Origin: Eledone cirrhosa
Lineage: Eukaryota
Direction: 5' to 3'
DNA length: 64,000 bases
Assembly: GCA_964016885.1 (NCBI GenBank)
Contig: OZ024741.1
Span: forward strand, 145,824,001-145,888,000
Shown: piece by piece, positions 41,363 through 55,542 of the stretch
Numbering within the stretch: position 1 is the first letter of the stretch
How the letters are laid out: each line of letters starts with the position of its first letter
Notes under the pieces: generated by a model
What the model was told of the DNA's origin: nothing
The model's database searches: none
Seen by the model: only the letters and a program-made list of their open reading frames with translations
Translations under genes and position numbers: made by a program

Positions 41363-43146
41363 CACATAAAATGTGGCAAATTGGTAAAAGTGTTCGACTG
41401 TCAGATAGAGTGCATTGTAGTATTCATTCAGGTTCTCTATGCTCTGAGTTCAAATCCCACTATGGTTAACTTTGCCTTTCATCTTTTAAAGGTTGATAAA
41501 AATAGTACCAGTCCAGTACTGAAGTTAATTCTTTCTCTATATTCCTTTCACACTTACCCTCTATCAATTTCTCTTTCTCTGGAAGAAATTGACTATGTTC
41601 AGACCTGGTGTGGGATGGGATCTGCCAGGTTTAAAATGCCCTAGAAACCCCTATGTCATTTTGGTGCCCTTAAAACTATACCAGGAATCAAAGGTTCCTT
41701 TATACATATAGAGGTTTTTCTTTCACGTCGAATTTTCCATGGTGGCATGAGTTGGAAGGGAATTTTTGAGGTAATGTTTTACAGCCGAATGCACTTTCTG
41801 ATATCAACCCTATTAGTTGCTCCTTATGACATGCAGTGTACCTGTTCTGAATCAGATACTCATGACCAAGAAGAACTTAGATATCCTCACAATTGCACCC
41901 TAGTAGCTACTCTCTCAACCCATTGTTCACCCCCACTACCACCTCTTACCCGATCACTATCCGCTTACTTATCATTCCACCACGACCCATATCTCTATCA
42001 AGCATATCCCCTCTCCCCATACACTAACCAGCTAACCCCCTCCCACTAGCACTCCCCACCATCTATCCTCACCTCTGTTGCACTCACCACCCATTCCCCG
42101 TCCAGAACCACACTTTACCTATTACCCCACCCCTAAAGACCTTATATATCTTCACCACTGCACATTAGTAACTACTCTCTCTACCCCTTGTTCATGCCCC
42201 ACCACCACCTCTTGGCCCCTCACAACCCCCTTTTATGTGGGAGTGAATGAAAAAAATAGAGATAGTGAGAGAAAGATTTGCAATAAATGAGAGGAAGCAA
42301 GAAAGGATCCAATCAAGTACATAAAACCGTAATTTATTAAACATTATCATACATAATAAAATGAGTTACACACTATAAATATACTGTGTTGGGAAGATTA
42401 TTAAAAAAAAATTCAGATTTCTGTTATGATTAATGGAGTAATATACAGTACAGTGCATTGTATAGTGCTTCCAGTGTGTTTGAATTCAATTGGTGGAAAT
42501 TCTGGTGAATCTGAAGATAGGGGAATCTTTGTGTCATTTCAAAACTGAATTCAAGAAGCGTGTATGAGATAGGAAAGGAAACAAAAAATTCCATTCTAAA
42601 TTCTAACCTGATATAATGGTTAACCTAATATACCAGATAAATTATGGATTTCTATTTTATACTGTAGAATGTGATTTTTTTAAAGTAGAAGGTAGGGTGT
42701 CAGTAATTTAATTCATGTTATTTTGCTATATAACCGATTTTATTTGCTTTGTATTTCATGATATTTCAAGAATAGGACACCTTTTTCAAAAGAAAGAAAA
42801 TAATGTGGTATTGAAGATATGTAGTGTTACTATTAAATCAGCACTCAATCAGCTAACAGAATAATGGGAATTTGAGACTATTATTTGAAAGGCATTGCTT
42901 TTCTCTTGGCTAAATTGTAAAAATAAAATCCCCCAAAACAAAATCTTAGGTTTAAGGAGCAATAAGGTTATTGATGTTGCAGGTATTTCTCTGAGTATGT
43001 GTTTGATTTTGATTTTTCTGGGAAAAGTGAAGTGAGGAAAATGGTGTGGATACTGCGAATAGTGTGAGTACTGACTATGTATAACTAGGTGTTTCGAGAT
43101 GTGTGTATGTACATATTTGAACACAACAGAATACAGATAACTTTAA

Positions 43147-43347
43147 CCATTTAGCCTTTACATTACTCTATATTTACTATTTACTATTATATGTATTATC
43201 ACACATAATATCGAAGCTCTCAAATTTTGATATTATTTATTTTGAGAACAATAATCTAATATTAGTATGAACAGCTGGTTATAGCAGTTTGAACAGAAAG
43301 AGGTGAGGAAATTCTGGCCGGATACGGCCGGTTTAAATGCTAAATGG
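43147..43347. mobile_element. piggyBac-like MITE
   Basis: TTAA-ccatttagc ... gctaaatgg-TTAA. Confidence 0.75.
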
Positions 43348-43769
43348 TTAAGACTTGTACCTGGAAGGATTCATGGGACCTGCTCTTCCTTTCCTGACTA
43401 GATAATATAATTATTTTTCTGAGCATGTGTTTGTTTTTATATTTGTATGAGCAGAGAGTGAAAGATGGTGTTTCAGGATGATTACTATCAGATATATGAT
43501 TACTATCAGATATCATATACATATAATTGGAAATTTGCAGAAAGGGGTAGGTACTATTGTATTTTAATGCAATAGCTGGAACTTTAACATCCTTTCACTA
43601 ACACATAACACCTTATACCACATAAAACCGATTTAGCATCAAAACATTCTTGAAAGTACAGAATGATATTATGACTGCATAATATTCAAAATTGAAATCT
43701 ATACTATAATACTGCACATATACTATAAACATTTAAATTAAGAAATCTGTTTTTAGATATTTTCTATTA

Positions 43770-43993
43770 AATAATGGTTTCTTATATAGGCACAAGGCCA
43801 GCAATTTTGGGGGAGGGGAAAGTCGATTAAATCGACCCCAGTACGTGACTGGTACTTTATTTTATCGACCCTGTAAGGATAAAGGGGCAAAGTTAACCTC
43901 AGCGGAATTTGAACTCAGATCGTAAAGGACCGTAACTCTATGCTGCAAAGCATGGTGTCTGGCTCTCTACCGATACTGCCAATCCACTGCCCT
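43770..43993 (-). mobile_element. SINE family A (longer-tail variant)
   Basis: A/B boxes and core on the minus strand. Confidence 0.88.
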
Positions 43994-44089
43994 ACTAAAT
44001 AATAACAGAAGTTTTGCTTCCTACATTTTGAGTTAAACTAATGCAGCAATCTAAGCCTGGGGTCCACAGTGGTAGAACTGTATCTGTGA

Positions 44090-44930
44090 TGTCTTCTTCT
44101 TCACCCACTTATTCCTGAGAGGGTTATGGAGGCAGAGGCCTCAAGCACTCCTTCCAGCAGATCCTGTCAGAAGCAACTGTCTCCAACTGATCTGGCTGGA
44201 TCCCCAATGAGACCAGCCAAGCTCAGGGATGTTATCCAACCATTTTGCTCAGGGTCTACTGCTGCTCGTGCTGGTTGGTTTTGTCTGTAGAATCTGTCTA
44301 GAAATTCTTTCCTGAGACATTCTAACCACATGCCCATAGTATCAGAGCCATTAATTCTCAATTCAGAAAAGTAGCAGCTCTACCTGAAGTGACTCTCTGA
44401 TTCTGAGCTATGTACTCTTTTCAGTAACATTACTCAAAAGACCCTTCAGAGGAACCCCATTTCTATTCCGAATCATATTCTTTTACTCATTACTCAATAT
44501 TCATGATGATAGGTAAGGGTTGGCACGAATACCGAATTGAAGATAGTGAGTTTGGCTTTTATGCCTACCACCTTTATGATTATTGAATGCTGAAGCTGGT
44601 GCATTCTTTCATTTAACTCAACCCTCTGCCTTCCACCACTCATAAACATGTCCCTGAGATACCTGAACTTCTGTACCTGCTTCATCGGAACTCCATTTAC
44701 ATGTAGATTGCACTGCACAGGCTTCCTTAAGTGGATGAGTGTCTTAGTTTTTGCAGCACTGATTTTCATTCCAGCCAACACTTGGCATCAAACTTATTGA
44801 ATCTAAGTCTGAGATCAGCTTCCATTGAGTTAAGTAGCACCTTGTCATCTGCAAATTCCAGCCAACTGATTTTACACCTGCCAGTCATGATACCACTTCC
44901 AATCCAACTGTACATGCCAATCCTATTCCG
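44090..44930 (-). mobile_element. Old RTE-like LINE fragment lacking the PHD insert
   Basis: FADD-like at about 44845; MKISAAKTK..VQKFRYL..FVPTLTY; WFRYYGHV-like; (gaa)n tail near 44093. Confidence 0.75.
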
Positions 44931-45358
44931 TTTGTGATGTAAGTTGAAAATTTCAAGTGTATTGTCAAAAACATAATTTCTCTCTTTCCATTATTATTGT
45001 TACTGTTTAACAAAATGCTACAGCAACAATAACAACAATTGTTACGAAAACATCAACCACAGCAACTACAACAAAAATCACAAACACAACAAACACCACA
45101 ACAACCACAGCAGCAGCTGCTATCTTAGATGATGGTCCAATTGTGATATGTTAGCATACGCCAGTGCCAACTTAACAAAATCATGTTAGCTTTTCACAGC
45201 AAATAGGATTTAGAATTCAGATGATAGCAATGTTGAAGGGGAATGAGTGAAGTAAAATAAATCCTATATGATTTTATAGCCAAGCCAAACCGCAGGATCA
45301 CTTTTCACATATTAGGAAACTACTTGCTCATACACATGTGCACACAGACACACATATG

Positions 45359-45440
<82 letters not shown>

Positions 45441-45462
45441 CATACATGCATATATATATGTG

Positions 45463-45513
<51 letters not shown>

Positions 45514-46287
45514 TTGTGTGTGTTTGTACTTACACATTATTCATTTAATTCAGAAATTTGTCTTGTTATTCTAGTTATTTATCAACTTATAATGGGGTAG
45601 TGGGATATATATTGATAACATCAAAGGTAGAGTAGAGCAGAGCAGAGTACATTTCATTGTGAATTAATAGAAGAATTCAAGTCATGTATTCCTTCAGCAC
45701 AGAATAATACAATTCCAGAATAATTACTCTATTGTTTTGTCTTTAATATCTACCACAGTATGTTTTGCTGAAATGTAATAATAGTGCTGCACAAAAATAC
45801 ACCTAGAACAAAAATGTATTGGACATTTTATTGGCGGTGTTTTTTTTTTTCTTTTTAATTGTATTCTTTCTGCTTTAGCATTCATTGCAAACATGTACTA
45901 CTTACTAAGACACCTTTTGTAACTGTTTGAGTATTAGGCTTTATGGCATCTTCACTAAAATTACTGCCAGTGCCACATTCAGTCCCACCACCACTACTAC
46001 CATTACCACTGCTATCATCATTGTTATAATCTTATATTTGTTTTCCATGCATGCTTGGTTTAGATGGGCCATTAGAGTTTGAGACTAAATCTATTGGAAA
46101 AATCATGTATTGCTCATATGTTCCATTTTAGTATAGTTACTAAAGTTGGACACTCTTACCAACATTAAGCATTTTACGGAGTGTAGTGGATGCATTTGTA
46201 TTGTGGAACCTGTACTAACACTTTACACAGTGTACCACCACTTTACAGAGTGTATTGGGTGCATTTTATCACAACATCAGTACTAAC

Positions 46288-46500
46288 AGTGCTATGCAAG
46301 AGACTTGACGGATGTTACACGAGGATGCTGAGAATGGCTTTCAACATTTTTTGGAAACAGAAGCTGACAAATAAAGAACTATACAGATCACTACCACCAG
46401 TCTCATGGTGCATGAAACCGTTCTGGGCACTGCTTCCGCCATCCAGAAGAGACAGAATCACAACTTGTGCTCTAGAAACTGGCAGTCAGACGAAGAAGTG
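46288..46500 (+). mobile_element. RTE-like LINE fragment, distinct family
   Basis: LDGCYTRMLRMAFNI.WKQKLTNKELY..LP followed by GHCFRH in another frame. Confidence 0.75.
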
Positions 46501-47101
46501 TGTTGCAGCCTCATATATACACATATAAATATACACACATATAGGCAATAATACACATTAATATTTAACTCAATTAAGGTAGGATGTATAACCCAATTAG
46601 AACCCAAAGGAGGGCAGATATGAATATAGCAAAGCGAAATTTATTTTGGTGGAAACATAGTATCTTATTGTGTATATGAATGTACTTGGGCAGGTCATCA
46701 CAGAGCTGGTCAGTACTCAAGGAGAGTTACAGACCGCCCAAATGGTTTCAAAGTGTACATTTCACTTTCTTACATTTCTGCACTGTGCTGAGTGCTCATG
46801 TGGTCCACATTTCACAAACCATTCCCATGCTTTACCAAGTGCATTATAATGTAGCTCCAGCACTGTAGAGCTTCCTATGAAGCATAATATTTTGAAATTA
46901 ATATCCAGTCGAAAATTTACATTAGGAGATCTGAAATAATTCTGAGAATCTATTGGAACTGATTTAGAAGATTACAAGATTATTTGATTCCTTATTGAAA
47001 AATCTGAAAAGTTTCTTTTTTGAGATTAGAAAGTTTTGAAACAAGTCACATGACTAACCGGATTTAAATTCAATTCACCCTATCTAATCTACATACACAA
47101 G

Positions 47102-47171
<70 letters not shown>

Positions 47172-47643
47172 TGTATGTATGTATATATATATATGTAAAT
47201 ATATATATACATATATACACACAAACATTTATATATATATATATATATACACACATAAACACACACACACACACATATCTATATACATGTGCGTCTATCT
47301 ATAAATATATATATAACTTCCATTAAATTTAATCAATGTCTAGATACTCTATTTCATATTAATCTTGCATTACACCAACCAACACAAGAATTATCTATAG
47401 ACAATTGGTTAACCAATATATTATTCATTTTGCTAACTTGAAAATGCATAAGATTTCTTATTAGAAGTATGAAACCTGCAATAAACTGTCATCTTTATTG
47501 TAATTCTAAGATATGTTTCCAAAAGATGGATATTTCTATACTGGTAAAGGAAAAAATTAATAAAAATTTCCATTTATCTCAAAACACATTTGAAATTAGA
47601 CACTGTGGCATCACAAGAATGAACAGATAGAGGTTTATTACAT

Positions 47644-47830
47644 ATAATAATTGTTTCTACTTTTGGCACAAGTCCAGCAATTATATCAGTGTATTACTGG
47701 TACTTTATTTTATCGACCTCATAAGGATGAAAAGCAAAGTTAATCTCGGCGGGATTTGAACTTAGACCATAAAGGGCCGTAACTCTTTACTGCAAAGCAT
47801 GGCATCCGCCCCTCTACCAATACTGCCAAT
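47644..47830 (-). mobile_element. SINE family A joined head-to-head to an RTE
   Basis: Reverse-complement match to family A; head clipped at gccaat. Confidence 0.9.
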
Positions 47831-50101
47831 GAGGACCAAAAACGTGAGGTGTTCAGGATTGCTAGGCAATGTGTCAAGGAAAACAGTGATATTGTCAGGG
47901 AGAAGTGTGTACTTAATGATGACGGCGTACTTGCCATCACCGACGCTGATAAGAAGGTAGCTTGGAAGTGTCACTATGAAAGGCTACTAAATGAGGAGAA
48001 TAAATGGGAGAAAGACAGTCTCCCCCACATCGACCCAATAGAGGGACCAGCAGTGTTAGTCGAGGGTAGTATCATAAGTAAGGCAATCAAAGATATGAAG
48101 ACGGGTAAGGCGGCTGGGTCTGCGGAAATAGTTGCCGAGATGCTGAAGGCATCTGGTACGGTGGGACACACCATGGTCACCCGGATAGTCAACCAAGTCA
48201 TACAGAATGGGGTTGTTCCGAAGGACTGGCGTAGCAGCATCATCGTTAACTGTTATAAGGGTAAAGGAGATGCCCTAGACAGGAGTAACTATAGAGGCAT
48301 TAAATTAATCGACCAGGTCATGAAGGTCACGGAAAAAGTAATAGCGCAACTAATCAGAGAGCGAATTGATTTAGATGAAATGCAGTTCGGGTTTGTGTCA
48401 GGAAAAAGTACCACAGACTCTCTTTTCATTGTACGACAACTACAGGAGAAGTACCTAGCTAAAAGTAAACCCCTATACTTAGCTTTTGTTGACTTGGAGA
48501 AAGCCTTTGACAGAGTCCCCCGCTCCATTATCTGGTGGGCTCTTAGAAAACTAGGTGTTGATGAATGGCTTGTGAGAGCTATACAAGCCATGTATAAAGA
48601 AACAGTCAGCAAGGTTAGAATTAACAACGAATATAGTGAAGAGTTTAGTGTAAAAGTTGGTGTTCATCAGGGCTCTGTTCTTAGCCCCCTACTATTTATT
48701 ATTGCCCTCCAGGCTATAACAGTGGAGTTCAAGACCGGCTGCCCATGGGCACTCCTATACGCAGATGATCTAATGCTCATAGCTGAATCAATGGCCGAGC
48801 TAGAGAAGAAATTCCAAACATGGAAGTACGGCCCAGAATCAAAAGGCCTTAAAATTAACCTGGCTAAGACTAAAGTTGTAGTTTGTAAGAAAGAAAATAA
48901 GGCGGCAGTCCCCTCCGAGAAGTGGCCATGCTCAGTGTGTAGGAAAGGCGTAGGTAGAAACTCCATTTTGTGTCCCAAATGCAAAGTATGGGTGCATAAA
49001 AGATGTAGTGGGATCACAGGTAAGCTAACTAAGAACATAGATTTTACATGTGGCCGGTGTTCTGGGGCAATAAGTAGCAGCAAGTGCCCACAAAATACTA
49101 GCTCTTTCAACTGCGCAGAGGGTTCTATAGAAATAGTGGACAGCTTCCGTTACCTGGGTGACAAAATCAGCAGTGGGGGAGGGTGCTCTGAAAGTACAGT
49201 AGCTAGAGTCAGAACTGGGTGAAAAAAGTTCAGAGAGCTTATACCTCTACTTGCCGCTAAAGGGTTCTCCCTAAAAATGAAAGGCAGGCTGTATGATGCC
49301 TGCATACGAACAGCAATGTTGCATGGCAGTGAGACCTGGGCATTGTGTGCAGAGGATATACGCAGACTAGAGAGAAACCAAGCTTGCATGCTCCGCTGGA
49401 TGTGTAATAGTAATATACGTGAACGGCAAAGCATAAACGAACTAAGGAAAAAATTAGAAATAAGAGGGATCAGATGTTGTTTACTCGAGAGAAGGCTACG
49501 TTGGTATGGTCACGTGATGCGCATGAAGGACGATAGCTGTATAACAAAGTGCAGGGCAATAAAGATAGACGGTAGCCACGGAATAGGCAGACCCAGAAAA
49601 ACCTGGGACGAGCTGATAAATTCCGACCTAACACACTTACACCTCTCCAAGACAATGTCACTGGACCGAGACCTTTGGCGGTACTCAGTAATAGAGAAGA
49701 CCCGCCTTACCTAAATACAAAGTAAAACCTACTACAGTCAGTAGGCATCTCTAACAAAATACACCCCCGTCCCACCACGCCCACCCCATCCACACCGCCC
49801 CTTTCAATGTAAAGTTATGTTGGTGCCACAACATCCAGGCCGAAACAAATGAGATCGTGTAGGTGTCACGTCAAAAAAACACACAGTTCACGCTGTAATG
49901 TGGCCGTGTAGGCAACACGGTAAAAACCTCCCAGTCCCACACTGTAAATGTGGTTGGTGTTAGGAAGGGCATCCAGCTGTAGAAAACCCGCCAGATAGTC
50001 CTATGCGAGCAAGATAATCACTCTTGCCTCAAGTGGGAAACCCCCGTCCAAACCCATGCAAGCATGGAACACGGACGTTAAACGTTGATGATGATGATGA
50101 T
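47828..50101 (+). mobile_element. Young 5'-truncated RTE LINE with about 390-bp 3'UTR and (gat)n tail
   Basis: Continuous reading frame with one stop; no endonuclease domain present. Confidence 0.96.
47849..49714 (+). pseudogene. RTE reverse transcriptase ORF with PHD-type finger; single nonsense change (TGA at 49220)
   Basis: NYRGI, QFGF, FVDLEKAFD, QGSVLSPLLF, YADD, C-x2-C..C-x2-C-x4-H-x2-C..C-x2-C, FRYLG, RLRWYGHV, GRPRKTW. Confidence 0.95.
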
Positions 50102-50402
50102 ATCATTTTAACTTTTAAAGCATTTGAAATTTGAGAGCATATTTGCCACAATGCAGAGAACTATAATCAAATTTGATAACTATAGATAATAGTTAAATAA
50201 ATCAGGTAAAGTACACCTGGAGATGGAAAAAAGTGGAAAGAGTTATCTGTGAGGAATTGAACCATGCCTTTAGTTGTATAAAAGGCACATTCATTTAACC
50301 AGTATGCCAGAGGGAACTCTGGCCACAAATTACTGTTTCTTTTTGAAGATTTAAGCTTGAAACTGAAAGTGTGAACAACATTTATTTAACTGATGAAAAC
50401 TT

Positions 50403-50705
50403 TAGTGGTTAGCGAATTGGATTTTCAATTGCGAGGTTGTGAGTTTAATTTCTGGACTGGGTGATGTGTTGTCTTCTTGAGCACACACTTTATTTCACAT
50501 CACTCTGTAGAAATGTGTGGCAATGTCACTGGTGCCAAGTTGTATCATCCATTGCTTTTTCTTTGGACACCATCAGTGGCATGGACAGGGGAGACTTGTA
50601 TGTATGGGTGACAACTGATCTTCCACAAAAACACCTTGCCTGGGCTTATGGTTCAGAACAGAAATTTACTAGGTGCAAATCCTATGGTTATTTGTGACTG
50701 ACAAA
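50403..50705 (+). mobile_element. Old tRNA-headed SINE with CORE-like region
   Basis: ttagtggttag..gtgagtttaatt..cttgagcacacactttatttcac; (gta)n follows. Confidence 0.65.
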
Positions 50706-50731
50706 ACAGTAGTAGTAGTAGTAGTAGTAGT

Positions 50732-51275
50732 CATATTAGCTATGTCATAAGTAAGACATGAGCAGAAGTTAGAAATGGTATGATCACAAACGAGAAAGGG
50801 TTGCTGAAAACCGAACAATAAAAGATCTTGTGAGACATGATCATCCAGTGCAATCATTTTATCATGGCACGAAAGCCTGGCAAAGTTGTCATAGAAAAGA
50901 AGAATAATGAAGCAAGTATTGTGGATATTGCTTCACCGTGGAACTACAGAGGGAATGAGAAGGAAAGTAATAAAGTTGAAAAATACTAGGAGAAATACCA
51001 GGAAACTATGGAGAATCAGGTACATGAAATAGTACCGATTGTGGTTGGCATATTAGGAGTAGTTAATAAAAGGTTAGATGCATGGCTTGAAAAGCTAGGA
51101 ATTACCATCAAGATGGGATTGTTGCAAAAACTAGCCTTGCTAGAAACAGCAAGGATTCTAAGGAGAGTGCTAGAAAGTTGAAGAAGGAATGACCCAAAGG
51201 ACACTTGGTCATTGGCTATGGCTTGCTCTTTTGGTATAGTGTCAGTATAACATCTGCCAGAGGAAAAGCATTATA
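50732..51275 (+). mobile_element. R4/Dong-like LINE 3' fragment (REL endonuclease), decayed
   Basis: KWYDH.., RKP..V.IEK..IVDIASP, VPIVVG.LG, LQKLALL.TARILRRVL. Confidence 0.8.
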
Positions 51276-51279
51276 ACTG

Positions 51280-53210
51280 ATCATCATCATCATCTTCGTT
51301 TAACGTACACTTTCCATGCTAGCATGGGTTAGACGGGAGTTGTCCCACTTGAGGCAAGGTTTGGTCGAGTGACCGTGTCTCGCTCATATAGGACTATCTG
51401 GCAGGTTTTCTATGGCTGGATGCCCTTCCTAACACCAACCACATTTACAGTGTGGAACTGGGAACAATTTACCGTGTTACCTACACGGCCACATTACAGC
51501 ATGGACTGTGTGTTTTTTTCTCGTGACACCTATACGATCTCGATCTCATTTATTTGGACTGGATGTTGTGCTACCAACTTTATAGAGAGAGGGTGGTGTT
51601 GGTGGGAATGGGAGGATAGGGTAGGGGTAGTGGATTGGGGTGTATATTTGGTTAAGAGGTGCCTACTGACTGTAGGTTTCGCTTTGTACATAGGCAAGGC
51701 AGGTCTTCTGTATTTCTGCGTAGAGCCAACGATCTCGGTCCAGTGACATTGTCTTGGAGAGGTGCAAGTGTGTAAGGTCGGAATTTATCAGATCGTCCCA
51801 GGTTTTTCTGGGTCTACCTACTCTGTTACTACCATCAATTTTGATCGCCCTGCACTTTTTTATACAGCTGTCGTCTTTCATGCACATCACGTGGCCATAC
51901 CAACGTAGTCTTCTCTCAAGTAAACAGCATCTGATTCCTCTTATTCCTAATTTCTCACTTAGGTCACTTATGCTTTGCCGTTCATGTATATTACTATTAC
52001 ACATGCAACGGTGAATGCATGCTTCGTTCCTTTCCAGTCTACGCAGGTCCTCTGCACACAATGCCCATGTCTCACTGCCATGTAGCATTACTGTTCATAT
52101 ATAAGCATCATACAATCTGCCTTTCATTTTTAGAGAGAAACCTTTTGTGGCCAACAGCAGTATAAGCCCTCTGAACTTTTTCCATCCCGTTCTGACTCTG
52201 GCTACTGTACTTTCAGAACACCCTCCACCACTGCTGATTTCGTCACCCAGGTAACGGAAAGTGTATACTATTTCTATAGAACCATCTGGGCAATAGAAGG
52301 GGCTAGTATCCTGTGGACACTTGCTACCTATTGCACCTGAGCATCGGCCACATATAAAGTCTACGTTCTTAGATAGTTTACCTGTGATCCCACTACATCT
52401 TTTATGTACCCATACTTTGCATTTGGGACATAAAATTGAATTTCTGCCTACTCCTTTCCTACCCACTGAGCAAGGCCATTTCCCTGAGGGTACCTGTGCC
52501 TTATTTTCCTTTCTACAAACTAGGACTTTAGTCTTAGACAAGTTAACTTTAAGGCCTTTTGATTCTAGGCCATGCTTCCATGTTTGGAATTTCTTTTCTA
52601 GTTCAGCCATTGACTCAGCTATGAGTGTTAGATCATCTGCGTATAGGAGTTCCCATGGGCAAGCGGTCTTGAACTCCTCTGTTATAGCCTGAAGGGCAAT
52701 AATAAATAGGAGTGGGGCTAAGGACAGAGCCTTGGTGAACACCAACCTTTACACTAAATTCTTCACAATATTCATTGTTAATTCTAACCTTACTGACTGT
52801 TTCATTATACATAGCTTGTATAGCTCTTACAAGCCATTCATCTACACCTAGTTTTCTAAGAGCCCACCAGATAATGGAGCAGGGGACTCTGTCAAAGGCT
52901 TTTTCCAGGTCTACAAAAGCTAAGTAGAGGGGTTTACTTTTAGCTAGGTACTTCTCTTGTAGTTGACGTACAAGGAAAAGAGAGTCTGTGGTACTTTTAC
53001 CTGTCACAAACCCAAACTGCATTTCATCTAGATCAATTCGCTCTCTGATTAGTTGCGCTATAACTCTTCACGACCTGGTCAACTAACTTAATGCCTTTAT
53101 AGTTTCCCCTATCTAGAGCATCTCCTTTACCCTTCTAGTTAATGATGATGCTGCTACGCCAGTCTTTTGGTATGACCCCATTCTGCATTACTTGGTTAAC
53201 TATACGGGTG
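51280..53210 (-). mobile_element. RTE LINE, 5'-truncated, same subfamily as 47828-50101
   Basis: ORFs 52633-53022, 52095-52745 and 51663-52088 with YADD and the PHD insert; same 3'UTR. Confidence 0.95.
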
Positions 53211-53411
53211 ATAATAATTGTTTCTACTTTTGGCACAAGGCCAGCAATTATCCCAGTGCATTACTGGTGCTTTCTTTTATCGACCCCATCAGGATGAAAG
53301 ACAAAGTTAACCTCGGCAGGATTTTAACTCAGAACGTAAATAAAAGGCCATAACTCTATGTTGCAAAGCATGGTGTCTGGCACTCTACGGATACTGCCAA
53401 TCCACCGCCCC
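53211..53411 (-). mobile_element. SINE family A
   Basis: Full head gggcggtggattggcagt, core and tail. Confidence 0.9.
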
Positions 53412-53414
53412 AAC

Positions 53415-55279
53415 TGATGATGATTATTGTTATTGTTCTTTGAGTCTCAGTCATTGATGTTAGTTAACTGGAAAGTTTGTTGAAATGAATATCAAGCCAC
53501 TACCTGCAGCCTCAGATATTCAGGACGTATCGGAGAGTTCTTGCTGTTCCCAGCAAGCATGCCTTTTGAAGTGTTCCAAAAAGCGTGCGGGGCCAATTTT
53601 CTTTAACCATCCATGGAAAGTTTTTGAGATAGTACCTAGTGCGCCTATGACAATCGGGACCACTTTGACTTCATGGCAGTTCCAAATCCTTTTTACCTCC
53701 CACTTTAAGTCCTAGTATCGGTTAATTTTCTCCCTGTCCTTCTCTTGCACTCTCGTCTCGAATGGGCAGGCCACATTCACAATCAGACACGATCTTTTTT
53801 CTTTGTCCAAAACCACCAGGTCAGGTCTATTGTGTTCCAGTTTCTTGTCCGTCTGTGTCCTAAAATCCCACAGCACCTTCATCTGATCGTTTTCTATCAC
53901 CGACTCTGGCTTATGCTCATACCACTTCTCAGAATGTGGTAAATTATTTACTTTGCATAGGTGCCAGTCGATCACCCTGCCCATCATATCATGTCTCCAG
54001 CCCTTATAGTGAGTCTGGGCTAGGTGTTTACACTCGGATACAATGTGAGCCACAGTTTCCTCTCTCTCTCCACAGATCCTGCACAGTGGGCTAGCCTCCT
54101 CCTTGTCAATATGGTGTTTCAACCACTTCGTTTTGAGGGCCTGCTCTTGCGCAGCCATTAGCATTCCTTCTGTAGCCTTTTTAAGGTCTCCTCTTTTCAA
54201 CCAGTTCCATGTCTGTGGATCTCTGAATTCAGTTTTCTCAATGAAGGGATTTTTCATGAAGGCTGCTCTTTCTCGTTGTTGTTATTTCCTCCCTGGATAT
54301 CCCCTGGTCTATTGCCCTCTCCTTCAGTACAGTTCTGAGCATTGGCTCCTTACTATCAGTCACGTATTTGTGTAGGTTGTTTTTCTCCATCTGAACACAG
54401 TCCTCTATGCTGATAAGACCTCTTCCAACTTCAGATCTCCTTAAGTAGAGTCTATCGACATCACTCCTCTTGGGGAACATGTTGTAGATAGTCAATAGCT
54501 TCCTAGTCTTCCTATCCATTTCTTTTTGTTCAGCAACATTCCATCTCAGAATTCCCGCACTCTACCTAATAATAGACACAGCTCGGGAATTTACTGCACT
54601 TATGGTATTCCTACTGTTCAGATGTGACTTTAATACGCTCCTTACTCTCCGAATGTATTCAGATCTTATCAATTCCTTCATTTTTTTCTTCTTGATGTCA
54701 TCAGCCTCCAGAACACCCAAATACTTGTATTCGTCTTCAGTGTCAATTTCCTTTATCATCTCACCTGTTGGTACCTGGATTCCGTTGCTTCTGCTCAATT
54801 TACCCCTCTTCATCACAAGGACTCCACACTTACTAATACCAAATTGCATACATATATCATTGATGAAAATACGGACAGTGTCAACAAGCACATCCAACTC
54901 CTTCTCACTCTTCCCGAAGAGCTTAAGATCGTCCATGAAGAGGAGGTGATTGATGGTAAGCTCTCCCTTTCTCAACTTGTATCCTGCTCTCACTTTTCGC
55001 AGTATAATGGTCAGGGGCATCAGGGCAAGGAAAAACAACAGAGGGGACAGACTTTCTCCCTGGAAGATACCTCTCTTGATCTTCACGCCTCCCAAGGATT
55101 CTCCAGCTGATGTTAACTCTGTTTTCCAGAACTTCATACTTTTGCTCAACAACTGTCTGATGTTATCTGCCAACTTGAAGATCTCTAGGATTTTGGTTAT
55201 CCAAGAATGAGGCACCATGTAAAATGCCTTTTTTGTAGTCTATCCATCCCATGGCAAGATCAGTGTGTCTCCTCCTGCA

Positions 55280-55280
<1 letters not shown>
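53415..55280 (-). mobile_element. R4/Dong-clade LINE, 5'-truncated (RT, CCHC, REL endonuclease)
   Basis: RGIFQG.SLSPLLF, HLLFMDDLKL, YKYLG, CRIC..ETVAHIVSEC, RPDLVV..ACP; 5' end abuts (att)n. Confidence 0.93.

Positions 55281-55330
<50 letters not shown>
55280..55330. repeat. (ATT)n microsatellite separating the R4/Dong and Tx1 elements
   Basis: Direct inspection. Confidence 0.95.
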
Positions 55331-55542
55331 GAATGCCATGGTTGACGGAGGCTCGACTCTGCAAGGTATTGTAATTTTGACCGCTATAACAATTGTAAAT
55401 TGTTTAAAACTTTAACCAAATTGTAGACAAAAACACCCCCCTCCTCGTGAGAGGGGTCTTTCTGTCCGTTATTTGGCCCTTCGGGGTTAAATAACCGCTT
55501 ATTGGGGTTTTGTGTCCAATATTTATTTAATAAAAAAAAAAA

